Shown here: positions 10,589 through 18,428 of the stretch, one piece after another
Layout: each line of letters starts with the position of its first letter
Numbering within the stretch: the first letter of the stretch is position 1
From: a virus
Direction: 5' to 3' (one strand)
Length of the DNA stretch: 64,000 nucleotides
IMG/VR virus record: IMGVR_UViG_3300042261_000762
Span: 32,001-96,000 of that record
Notes under the pieces: model-generated
The model's database searches: none
The model's input: the letters and a program-made list of their open reading frames with translations, nothing else
What the model was told of the DNA's origin: nothing
Position numbers and translations under genes: made by a program

Positions 10589-11807
10589 CGAGAAAAGATA
10601 CACTCTATTATCAGATAGAGAAAGATTTTATTTTGATGTATTAGCATCAGGAAATTCCCTCTATTTAAGAGGAAGACCAGGAACAGCAAAATCTGCAATT
10701 GGACTATCAATGTCCAGAAAACTCAAGATCAGATATGTGGATAGAAGATTGAGTCAGATCGATGAGACAGATATTGGATTATACCCAGTATTAGATGATG
10801 GATTTAAGAATTTAGAAAAACTTGGAAAATTAATGGAATTTGGTTATCTAACAAATGAAGAGTTTAATGAAATGAAAAAACCAATCCTCGATAACATCAT
10901 CAACGGGCAAGTTGATATTCTTCATTTTGCTGTTCCAGATTGGGCATTTTCAGCCAACGTTGAACCAACTATCGTTCATTTGGAAGAATTGAATAGGGCT
11001 AATCTTCATGTAAGAAACGCTGCTCTTCAATTATTAAATGAAAGACAAATAGGCGATTTGAAACTAAATGATAATGTATATATCATGTCTTCTGGAAATC
11101 TTGGTGAAGAAGATGGCACTGAAGTTGATGAAATGGATTTGGCTTTAAGTAATCGTTTAGTCATAGTAGATCATGATTTGCCTTATGAAGAATGGATTAA
11201 TGAATTTGCTCAATATCATGTGTGGCAAATAATTATAGATTATATAAGAGCAAATCCCGGTGAATACTATAAATTACCAAATGAAAAAGAATTAAGATAT
11301 GCCACACCTAGAAGTTGGACAAATTTATCAAAATTCATAACCCATAAATGGGGAAGAGAACCAGACTTAAAGGAAAATGTTATTCCTTTCTTATTACATA
11401 GCGGGAAATGTTTTCTGGGGTCGAGTATAACAAATTTCACAAGATATTGTCAAGATATTTCTAATATTAATATCAATGATATTTTAATACGTTGGGAAGA
11501 AGTTAGAGCTGAAGTGGCTGGATTTAATAGATCAAGAATGTCGGAATTAATATCTAATTTGAGATACATGGATCTTAGGACACTAGACGAACTTCAATTT
11601 AGAAATTTATTAAATTTCCTATCCTCATTAAAAGACGATGATGAATTGACAAGTTACATAATTCATATACTTGACAGCACAAACGAATCCAATTATGATG
11701 TGAATAGTAGAATCATAAAACATTTTGATAAGAAAGTAAGAGAGTTAAGAAGTTATACAAGTCAAAATTTAAAGAAAGCTGAAACGACTGCTACTCCTCA
11801 GGTATAA
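10578..11807 (+). CDS. MoxR-like AAA+ ATPase
   Basis: Walker A GRPGTAKS, Walker B HLEELNRA, SSGN, ALSNR, TPRSW; co-operonic with the vWA protein. Confidence 0.88.
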   Translation: MKIDEKRYTLLSDRERFYFDVLASGNSLYLRGRPGTAKSAIGLSMSRKLKIRYVDRRLSQIDETDIGLYPVLDDGFKNLEKLGKLMEFGYLTNEEFNEMKKPILDNIINGQVDILHFAVPDWAFSANVEPTIVHLEELNRANLHVRNAALQLLNERQIGDLKLNDNVYIMSSGNLGEEDGTEVDEMDLALSNRLVIVDHDLPYEEWINEFAQYHVWQIIIDYIRANPGEYYKLPNEKELRYATPRSWTNLSKFITHKWGREPDLKENVIPFLLHSGKCFLGSSITNFTRYCQDISNININDILIRWEEVRAEVAGFNRSRMSELISNLRYMDLRTLDELQFRNLLNFLSSLKDDDELTSYIIHILDSTNESNYDVNSRIIKHFDKKVRELRSYTSQNLKKAETTATPQV

Positions 11808-12047
11808 AAAATAATTATTATATATGACAGTAAACTATGAAGATAATATATTATATGTTGATTATGTTAATATGAAACACAGAATGATTCTCTATAACAA
11901 TAGATCTAAAAGAATAAGATTGATCTTAGGACAAATTATAGATGAACAAAATTTTGATATAACTGTAGATACTATAAAACATTTACCGGAAGATATTAAC
12001 CTTAAAGTTAAAGAATATATCAGAACTATATTTTAATATATAGATTC

Positions 12048-13082
12048 ATGATTAAATTATTTGATAATTTCATTAATGAACAATACGAATTAGATCCTTA
12101 CGGTGAAGAAAATTTGGATGATAATGTTAAAGTTAGAATTGCCAAATGTAAAAAAGATTTCAAAATAGGGCGTGATAAGGTAGTGCTGTTTCATAAAGGG
12201 GATGAATATGAAATAGTAGATGATCACGATTGGGACGGATTTATGATTCTCAAAACTCAAATACATGGAACTCCACATAATCACGCAATACCATTAAATA
12301 ACATGTATAAAGATTCTTTTTGGAAACATTTTATTATTAAAGAAAATATTAAATCTGATGTAGATCCTTATGGTGAAGAAAATTGGAATGATTTGGAGCC
12401 AGTTGATGATGTAGTTCTAAGATTTCGAAATTATTATAAATGTGTTGAATGTGGCAATGAATGGGAAGATGAATGGGATTCTACTTGCGATGATGAATGT
12501 CCAAATTGTGGCACTATAATGACGCCATATGAAAGCGAAGATATAAATGAATCTTTTACAGAGGATGATCCTTATGGTGAAGAAATATGGAATGACATTA
12601 AACCGGATCCAATAAATAGAGATACTGAAATAGAAATTGGTGATAAGATATATTATCATTACGATAGAAATAATATCGAACCAGCATTCATGGGTGAAGT
12701 TGAAAGAATAATTAATCACCCTAAGTTTGGATTTGTTGATTATTTAATATCTGGAAAATATTCTCGAGAAATCAGTAAAATGAATTTGATTGGATGTGGG
12801 GCTAGAATAATAAAAAGGACAAATGAGACAATAAATATTGATCCTTATAATGAAGAAAATTGGAAAGATGAAGAGGAATTTAATATTGGTGATGAATTAA
12901 TTTGTAAAGAAGATATAATGACATCTACTGGCAAATATTGGCTGTTTCATCAAGGAAAAACGTATAGTATAATTAGAGTTACACATGATTGGATATTCGT
13001 TCTCACGAAATCTTTAGGACACGAAGTTAATATTCCTTTCACAAGAAAGGGCATTTGGAAAAGTTTCGATAAAAAAAATTAA
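12048..13082 (+). CDS. Modular polyprotein with four DPYGEE tags (small beta modules and a Zn ribbon)
   Basis: Leader MIKLFDNFINE; four DPY(G/N)EE motifs each preceded by an xNE/IKE junction; CVECG...CPNCG module. Confidence 0.7.
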   Translation: MIKLFDNFINEQYELDPYGEENLDDNVKVRIAKCKKDFKIGRDKVVLFHKGDEYEIVDDHDWDGFMILKTQIHGTPHNHAIPLNNMYKDSFWKHFIIKENIKSDVDPYGEENWNDLEPVDDVVLRFRNYYKCVECGNEWEDEWDSTCDDECPNCGTIMTPYESEDINESFTEDDPYGEEIWNDIKPDPINRDTEIEIGDKIYYHYDRNNIEPAFMGEVERIINHPKFGFVDYLISGKYSREISKMNLIGCGARIIKRTNETINIDPYNEENWKDEEEFNIGDELICKEDIMTSTGKYWLFHQGKTYSIIRVTHDWIFVLTKSLGHEVNIPFTRKGIWKSFDKKN

Positions 13083-13121
13083 AAAGTTTTTTATTTCACA
13101 GATATTTCATATCTTTGTAGT

Positions 13122-13355
13122 ATGAAAATTAAGTACTACGGATACGATTGTATTTTTCTTCCAACTGGACATATAGGGAAGATTATGAATGAATTGGATT
13201 CATTCAAATCTTTATGCTGGGACCCGAATAAGAAAGAATCTTATTACAAAGAATATCCTCCTCAATGGGGTATTTATTGGTATGGTGGAGATCAAATACG
13301 ACAAAAAGGAATGCCAAATTATTGGCAAGATAAAGATTTAATTCAGATATTATGA
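13122..13355 (+). CDS. Hypothetical protein
   Basis: 77-aa ORF immediately after a TATCTTTG promoter box. Confidence 0.55.
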   Translation: MKIKYYGYDCIFLPTGHIGKIMNELDSFKSLCWDPNKKESYYKEYPPQWGIYWYGGDQIRQKGMPNYWQDKDLIQIL

Positions 13356-13671
13356 AATCAAATGCTCAGAGATTAGGTGTGTTTTTATCAATTTTAACAA
13401 TAATTGTATGTGGAATTATTGGTGGAATGTTATGGTGCAAGATTTTTAGATTTTTGTAAAGGACACCCATATTGGATTTCTTCATGGATTTTGATTCTTC
13501 TTATTTTTGTAAATCCAGAAACATCTTATGATTTTTATAAAAAAATCAGTTATTTTTTTAGAATAATTTTTTAATTAAGCAAACTTTTTGTAATTTTGTA
13601 GTACAAATTAAGAAATGGAAAAAATTGACATTTTTTGGTTAATATATAACAAAGTATAAAAATTAAATATT

Positions 13672-13752
13672 ATGAACTTTCGAATAGAGAATATGATACA
13701 AGAACAGATGCAACAGATGGATAATCTGATTGGATGGACTATATCGTATTGA
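13672..13752 (+). CDS. Leader peptide (26 aa) of a putative tRNA-operon attenuator, absent from ORF track
   Basis: MNFRIENMIQEQMQQMDNLIGWTISY*. Codons 5-16 read ATA GAG AAT ATG ATA CAA GAA CAG ATG CAA CAG ATG. Confidence 0.75.
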   Translation: MNFRIENMIQEQMQQMDNLIGWTISY

Positions 13753-13806
13753 CAAAGTTCTAGATGATATAAACAAAACCCAATCAGAAAACTGATTGGG
13801 TTTTTT
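13725..13806 (+). promoter_or_regulatory. Attenuator: mutually exclusive antiterminator and terminator hairpins
   Basis: Terminator AAAACCCAATCAG-AAAA-CTGATTGGGTTTT plus U-tract (13775-13806). TCTGATTGG (13725-13733) inside the leader ORF is complementary to CCAATCAGA (13780-13788). Inner stem TATATCGT/ATGATATA. Confidence 0.75.
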
Positions 13807-13820
13807 GTTTTTTGACATAT

Positions 13821-13891
13821 GCTCCTATCGTCTAAAGGAAGGATTCGACTTTTTCACAGTCGGGATGCGGTCTCGGGATCCGCTGGGAGTA
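13821..13891 (+). tRNA. tRNA-Glu(TTC), non-canonical T-arm, no encoded CCA
   Basis: Acceptor GCTCCTA/TGGGAGT; anticodon arm CGACT-TTTTCAC-AGTCG; T-arm GCGGT-CTCGGGA-TCCGC lacks TTCGA. Confidence 0.75.
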
Positions 13892-13901
13892 CAAAAGATT
13901 A

Positions 13902-13918
13902 AGTTCTTTGACATATTG
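13902..13918 (+). promoter_or_regulatory. BoxA-like antitermination element
   Basis: AGTTCTTTGACATATTG; related copy AGTTCATTGAATTATTG at 15691-15707; resembles the rrn boxA-type sequence. Confidence 0.5.
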
Positions 13919-13930
13919 GGAATAAATTAT

Positions 13931-14055
13931 AGGGAGGTAGTGTAATGGCTAGCACGACGTAATTCAACAAAAGTATTTTGACAAAAATATTTACAGCAAA
14001 TCAAAAGAAGAGGCATCATAAGCCGTATGTGGATGTTCGAATCATCCCCTCCCAA
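13931..14055 (+). tRNA. tRNA(CAT) interrupted by a 53-nt insertion in the anticodon stem
   Basis: GGGAGG/CCTCCC acceptor with A1:A72; D-arm GTGT/GCAC; ACG[53 nt, 13960-14012]GC-ATCATAA-GCCGT; T-arm GGATG-TTCGAAT-CATCC. Confidence 0.7.
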
Positions 14056-14136
14056 CAAATTGAGAAATGGACTCATCATTCCGAATTTAAACGGTCACAA
14101 AAAATTCCATTGACAGTCTGGAAAGACAGACGACAT

Positions 14137-14218
14137 AGCAACGTGCCGGAGTGGTCTATCGGGGATGTCTCATAAGCATCTGGCTTTGCCTTCGTGGGTT
14201 CAAACCCCACCGTTGCTA
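14137..14218 (+). tRNA. tRNA(CAT) with long (class II) variable arm
   Basis: AGCAACG/CGTTGCT; GATGT-CTCATAA-GCATC; variable arm TGGC-TTT-GCCTTC; GTGGG-TTCAAAC-CCCAC. Confidence 0.85.
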
Positions 14219-14223
14219 CACAT

Positions 14224-14306
14224 CGCGGGGTCGAGTAGATGGCCCAGCTATCTGGTCTCCAGGTCTCCCCAAAAGGGAGTCGTAGGTTCGAATCCTACCC
14301 CCGCTA
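14224..14306 (+). tRNA. Initiator-like tRNA mimic or pseudo-tRNA lacking a normal anticodon loop
   Basis: fMet-type acceptor CGCGGGG/CCCCGCT; intact T-arm GTAGG-TTCGAAT-CCTAC; anticodon arm reduced to TCTGG-TCT-CCAGG; extra arm CTCCC-CAAAA-GGGAG. Confidence 0.6.
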
Positions 14307-14320
14307 CTAAAAACAAACAT

Positions 14321-14396
14321 GGCCTCCTAGTGTAATGGTTGAGCATTTCTCCCTTTGAAGGAGCGGGTATTGGTTCGAATCCAGTGGGGGCTGCCA
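14321..14396 (+). tRNA. tRNA-Gln(TTG), CCA encoded
   Basis: GGCCTCC/GGGGGCT; CTCC-CTTTGAA-GGAG; ATTGG-TTCGAAT-CCAGT; ends GCCA. Confidence 0.88.
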
Positions 14397-14399
14397 AAT

Positions 14400-14470
14400 T
14401 GTTCTTTGGTGTAACGGGAGCATAAGTGACTCTGAATCACTCAGTCCTGGTTCGAATCCAGGAAGAACAA
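14400..14470 (+). tRNA. tRNA-Gln(CTG)
   Basis: TGTTCTT/AAGAACA; AGTGA-CTCTGAA-TCACT; CCTGG-TTCGAAT-CCAGG. Confidence 0.93.
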
Positions 14471-14493
14471 CAACAAAAATAGGAGATAAAAAT

Positions 14494-14751
14494 ATGAAAG
14501 GTATTACATTTAAAATCAACGGAGAACTTTCAGAAGAAGGTAAAAAGAAACTTCTGAAACACATTGAGGAAGGTAGAAAAAAAATGGAAGCCAGAATTGA
14601 AAAGTATAGAAAATACTTCGATCTTTTAGAAAAAATGAATAAAGATAATAGACACGAAGACTTCATTTATTTAGAGAATGGTAAACATTATATAGTATCT
14701 TGGGACAGTGGGAAATGGTCAGATCCGAGAGAAATTACATTTTTGGAATAA
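14494..14751 (+). CDS. Hypothetical protein within tRNA cluster
   Basis: 85-aa ORF with AGGAG upstream. Confidence 0.55.
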   Translation: MKGITFKINGELSEEGKKKLLKHIEEGRKKMEARIEKYRKYFDLLEKMNKDNRHEDFIYLENGKHYIVSWDSGKWSDPREITFLE

Positions 14752-15020
14752 ACTTAAAAAACGAACCTCGAACTTTTTATACATTAGAAACACATTGTAG
14801 AGGAAATCTAATAATTGAAAGAATAGAAGAAAAAATAAAACAAAAACAAAAGAACTTCATACATGGTTTTATGTTAAGAAGGAAAGTAGAGAGACCAACT
14901 TATGAAAAACTAATTGACGAGATAGAAAATCTTGGACTAGAGGGAGTTGGTAGAAAATATGGAGTAACTGGTAAAGCGATTAAAAAATGGGTTATTACAT
15001 ATCAAAAATATAATATATAA
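14750..15020 (+). pseudogene. Remnant C-terminus of a homing-endonuclease-type HTH protein
   Basis: RRKVERPTYEKLIDEIENLGLEGVGRKYGVTGKAIKKW resembles HTH tails of phage HNH endonucleases; no good start codon or nuclease core. Confidence 0.5.
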
Positions 15021-15025
15021 TGTAT

Positions 15026-15101
15026 TGATCATTAGCGCAATTGGTAGAGCGTTGGGTTTTGGTCCCAAAGGTTGGAGGTTCGAACCCTCCATGATCAACC
15101 A
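15026..15101 (+). tRNA. tRNA-Gln(TTG), CCA encoded
   Basis: TGATCAT/ATGATCA; TTGGG-TTTTGGT-CCCAA; GGAGG-TTCGAAC-CCTCC; ends ACCA. Confidence 0.88.
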
Positions 15102-15113
15102 AAGTTTTTTATT

Positions 15114-15635
15114 ATGAAGAAATTATTTACTATATTATTCATTATTATATCATTCTGTCTAAACGCCCAAACAAAGGGAACTTTCACAGATAATCGTGAC
15201 AATAAAACCTACAGATGGATAAAAATAGGCGAACAAGTTTGGATGAGGGATAATCTAAAATATAAAGATACAATATTTTATGATTATAAATCTGAAAAAA
15301 AGAATGATACATTAAAACTAGTTGCTTCTTGTCCAGATGGATGGCATCTACCAACACTAATAGAATGGAATCAATTGTTTACTACTCTTGGAAGAGTAAA
15401 TGCTGCTAATAGATTGCAAGAAGAAAATAGTTTTGATTGTTTATTGAATGGTAGATATAATGCTGATATAAAATCAGTTGAAAATAGAGGAACACATGCA
15501 TATTACTGGACTTCGACTGTTAGAGATGAAAATACAATGTGGACAATATTTATATTTTATGGTTCTGGAATGACAAGTAAAATAGATGGTGATAAGAGAT
15601 ATGGTTATTCTATAAGATGTATAAAAGATAAATAA
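15114..15635 (+). CDS. Secreted FISUMP-domain protein
   Basis: Signal peptide MKKLFTILFIIISFCLNAQ; FTDNRDNKTY, IGEQVWMRDNL, CPDGWHLPT, YYWTST, GYSIRCIKD. True start 15114; the track start overlaps a tRNA. Confidence 0.85.
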   Translation: MKKLFTILFIIISFCLNAQTKGTFTDNRDNKTYRWIKIGEQVWMRDNLKYKDTIFYDYKSEKKNDTLKLVASCPDGWHLPTLIEWNQLFTTLGRVNAANRLQEENSFDCLLNGRYNADIKSVENRGTHAYYWTSTVRDENTMWTIFIFYGSGMTSKIDGDKRYGYSIRCIKDK

Positions 15636-15717
15636 TTTTCCTGAAATTTTTTTAATTCGTAAATAAGTCGTATTTTTGTATTGTTAAATCAGTTCATTGA
15701 ATTATTGAAAAATATAT

Positions 15718-15791
15718 GGCGGGGTAGAGCAGAAGAAGCTCGTCGGGCTCATAATCCGAAGGTCGTGGTTGAGCATTTCCCACCCCCGCAA
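15718..15791 (+). tRNA. tRNA-fMet-like (CAT) with degenerate D and T loops
   Basis: GGCGGGG/CCCCGCA; TCGGG-CTCATAA-TCCGA; T-arm GTGG-TTGAGCATTTC-CCAC; D-loop lacks GG. Confidence 0.65.
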
Positions 15792-15796
15792 CACAT

Positions 15797-15871
15797 CGCG
15801 GGATGGAGCAGAGGTAGCTCGCAAGGCTCATAACCTTGAGGCCGAGGGTTCGATCCCCTCTCCCGCAACCA
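15797..15871 (+). tRNA. tRNA-fMet(CAT), CCA encoded
   Basis: CGCGGGA/TCCCGCA (C1:A72); CAAGG-CTCATAA-CCTTG; GAGGG-TTCGATC-CCCTC; ends ACCA. Confidence 0.93.
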
Positions 15872-15874
15872 AAT

Positions 15875-15947
15875 GGTCTCGTAGCTCAGGGGTGAGAGCA
15901 GGAAGCTTATACCTTCAAGGTCGGTGGTTCAATTCCATCCGGGACTA
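15875..15947 (+). tRNA. tRNA-Ile(TAT)
   Basis: GGTCTCG/CGGGACT; GAAG-CTTATAC-CTTC; GGTGG-TTCAATT-CCATC. Confidence 0.88.
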
Positions 15948-15957
15948 CAAATAAAAC

Positions 15958-16031
15958 TGGAGTGTAACTCAGTTGGTTAGAGTTCGAAGCTTATACCTTC
16001 GCGGTCGGGGGTTCAAGTCCCTCCACTCCAA
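15958..16031 (+). tRNA. tRNA-Ile(TAT), second copy
   Basis: TGGAGTG/CACTCCA; CGAAG-CTTATAC-CTTCG; GGGGG-TTCAAGT-CCCTC. Confidence 0.9.
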
Positions 16032-16035
16032 CAAT

Positions 16036-16155
16036 AGATAGTAAACCAGCTTCCCTATTCGCGACGGTGCCTATCCTACAAGGCCGGAACCATTAGCACC
16101 CGAGGGAACAATTAAGGTGGGAAGGGCGAGTCTCCCAATCTAACTGGAACTATCT
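16036..16155 (+). ncRNA. Unidentified structured RNA (about 120 nt)
   Basis: GC-rich island with nested stems AGATAGT/ACTATCT, CCAG/CTGG, TTCCCT/AGGGAA and GGTGC/GCACC, directly after tRNA-Ile. Confidence 0.55.
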
Positions 16156-16191
16156 TAAATTTTAATAAATAAATCAAAAAAACAACTAAAT

Positions 16192-16416
16192 ATGAAGATT
16201 CTCAGAAAAGGTGACGATTTCGTCAAAATGAATGACGCTACTGTTCAGGACATTGCGAAAATTGAAGATAAGATTAAAGATGGTTGGAAGTATTCTCCAA
16301 AGAAAGATTACAAGGATTTTTATAAAGCCGAAAAGACAGCGACAGAAGTAAAGACCGAAGAGAAGAAAGAGAAGAAGGCAAAGGAAAAGAAAGAAAAAAA
16401 TAAGAATAAAAAATAA
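16192..16416 (+). CDS. Small basic hypothetical protein
   Basis: 74 aa with Lys/Glu-rich tail. Confidence 0.6.
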   Translation: MKILRKGDDFVKMNDATVQDIAKIEDKIKDGWKYSPKKDYKDFYKAEKTATEVKTEEKKEKKAKEKKEKNKNKK

Positions 16417-16437
16417 TATATATCCATAAAAATTATT

Positions 16438-16983
16438 ATGTATAAGATAATTGTAAAAGGACCAGCTGGCGAATCAAATGTTTCTGATAGAAAAAAATTA
16501 GACGGCATTGATTGTCAGGACGAATTCTCTGAATATTTTCATGAAGCTTGGAATATAGGGGGAAAAGAAGATAGAAATCAGCAGAATTTGATTGATAAAG
16601 GAGTATCCGGTGGTTATATGAGGTTCGAATATGAACACAATAAACTATACGTAATAGTTGAGTATAATTCCGATGAAAAATTAAACGATGATGAAATCGA
16701 AGAGTTGAAAGACTACACCCAAGGTCAACTTTCCGACGGTATTGGTGAGGGATTTGAACAACAACCAGTCATGTATGAGAACGATAAAGAAATTTTTATA
16801 TCTCCCTGGTTTAGAGGACAAAAACTAAAAGTTGAACAAATTGAAGATGATACAATTGAACCAAAAAAGAAAGTCGCTGAAGATGATAATACATATTGGG
16901 AAGACCAATGTAAAAAAGATATAGAAAAAATGAACGCTTTAATGGACGAATTAAAAAAACTCCTCGATAAAGATAAAAAATAA
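16438..16983 (+). CDS. Hypothetical protein (GQxSDGxGEGFEQ motif)
   Basis: 181-aa ORF containing GQLSDGIGEGFEQ; function unknown. Confidence 0.6.
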   Translation: MYKIIVKGPAGESNVSDRKKLDGIDCQDEFSEYFHEAWNIGGKEDRNQQNLIDKGVSGGYMRFEYEHNKLYVIVEYNSDEKLNDDEIEELKDYTQGQLSDGIGEGFEQQPVMYENDKEIFISPWFRGQKLKVEQIEDDTIEPKKKVAEDDNTYWEDQCKKDIEKMNALMDELKKLLDKDKK

Positions 16984-16989
16984 CTAAAC

Positions 16990-17064
16990 GCTCCTGTCGT
17001 CTAATCGGTTAGGACATCGCCCTTTCACGGCGAAGATTTGCGGGTTCGAGTCCCGTCGGGAGTA
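16990..17064 (+). tRNA. tRNA-Glu(TTC)
   Basis: GCTCCTG/CGGGAGT; TCGCC-CTTTCAC-GGCGA; GCGGG-TTCGAGT-CCCGT. Confidence 0.93.
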
Positions 17065-17076
17065 CAAAAAATTTAC

Positions 17077-17149
17077 CGCCCTATCGACTAACAGGCTAGG
17101 TCACCGCTCTCTCACAGCGGAAATTCGGAATCGTACTCCGATAGGGTGA
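17077..17149 (+). tRNA. tRNA-Glu(CTC)
   Basis: CGCCCTA/TAGGGTG; CCGCT-CTCTCAC-AGCGG; TCGGA-ATCGTAC-TCCGA (atypical T-loop). Confidence 0.82.
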
Positions 17150-17594
17150 CTCCTTTCAATATTAAAGATATAGTAGATTTTGCACATTTAAGTTTTCTTG
17201 CAATATCTATTTTTTTAGACCCATCTTTGTATCTATTTTATCCCACACTTTTTTATCCATAGTTCGTTTTCTTTTGAGTAGATAAAAAAATTGAACTATT
17301 TCTATTTTATAAACAAGTACAATAATGTATAATATATACTATGTAAAAAGAATCAAGTTTTTATGAGAATAATAGCACAATCTTTACTGTTTATACTCAA
17401 CAAGTGGAATTTATCAATGGATGAATTCAATCCTATTGGTAAATTTTTATGGTATATACCAAATTTTCTAAATAACGTTTTAACACAGATTTTTTATTTC
17501 TGTTTATTCCCGTTTGTCTGTTTGTATTTTTATCTACACGAGAAGTCACAACTATACATTTTAATGTATAAGTTATTTTTAATACTTTTGAAAA

Positions 17595-18428
17595 TTAATC
17601 AATAACTCTAATTGGAGCCTGTTTAATGTGGTCTAATTCTGAGAACGGTGGTTTATAAACATGCCATCTTCCTTTTGGATCTAGTAATACTATTTCCTTC
17701 TTACGATCTCCTGGTTCTTTCATTATAACATCAGATACAAGGAATCTATCCTTGAATTTATATCCTCTTCTCATTTCATTTCCAATCCCTTCAGGAGTCA
17801 TTATTATAGTTTTATTTAGAAGTTGATCTTTTACTAATTTTATTATTTGATTATCAGTCATTCTTCCGAAATCCTGTAGAGAAAACGAAACAGTATTATC
17901 TTCTCCTTGTTCTTCCCATTCTTCTTCACCATACGGATCTTCTTCATCGTGATTAGCTTCTTCTTTGCCATCCTCATTTTCTAAGACTCTTAAAAATCTT
18001 CTACATCTAGCCAATCCCTCTTGTTTTTTATGATTTCTAGCTAATTTATCTGGGTTCCTCATTATATTCTCTATAACTACTTTAATATCTTCCGCTAAAT
18101 CCGCGTAGTTATTTTCGGCATACTCTTGAGCCATGTGATCAACTAGGGTTTTAAGATCTTCGTCAGACATTTTATCCATAGCTTTGTTTGTCAAATCATG
18201 CATATTATAAAGAAGACCTAATTTTTTGGATCTTGCTATAAATATATCTAATTCTCTAAAGACTCCTCTCATCGGTTTCGACCAGAAAAATAATGCTTTT
18301 AATACTCCTAATAAAGCATGTGCTTTAGCAAAACTATATTCGAGTTTGACTCTTCTACCAAATCTTTTAACATCTTTCCAATTTAATTCTTCATTTACAA
18401 ACTCATCGTATCCTTTAATATTGTTCAT
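17595..18428 (-). CDS. Hypothetical protein with targeting-like leader and DPYGEEEW tag
   Basis: MNNIKGYDEFVNE leader; internal EDPYGEEEW. Confidence 0.65.
   Translation of the reverse strand: MNNIKGYDEFVNEELNWKDVKRFGRRVKLEYSFAKAHALLGVLKALFFWSKPMRGVFRELDIFIARSKKLGLLYNMHDLTNKAMDKMSDEDLKTLVDHMAQEYAENNYADLAEDIKVVIENIMRNPDKLARNHKKQEGLARCRRFLRVLENEDGKEEANHDEEDPYGEEEWEEQGEDNTVSFSLQDFGRMTDNQIIKLVKDQLLNKTIIMTPEGIGNEMRRGYKFKDRFLVSDVIMKEPGDRKKEIVLLDPKGRWHVYKPPFSELDHIKQAPIRVID

Noticed and set aside
13931-14055. Opal suppressor reading (ATTCAAC loop) or tmRNA
   Set aside because: No anticodon stem forms around TCA. It lacks the G3:U70 alanine acceptor, the length and the tag ORF of tmRNA.
13978-15954. 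Track ORFs 13978-14175, 14307-14666 and 15769-15954
   Set aside because: They overlap tRNA genes; spurious frames through GC-rich RNA.
17150-17290. Minus-strand HTH-like fragment (KKIDIARKLKCAKSTISL)
   Set aside because: Short, frameshifted and without a convincing ORF; probably endonuclease debris, too weak to annotate.
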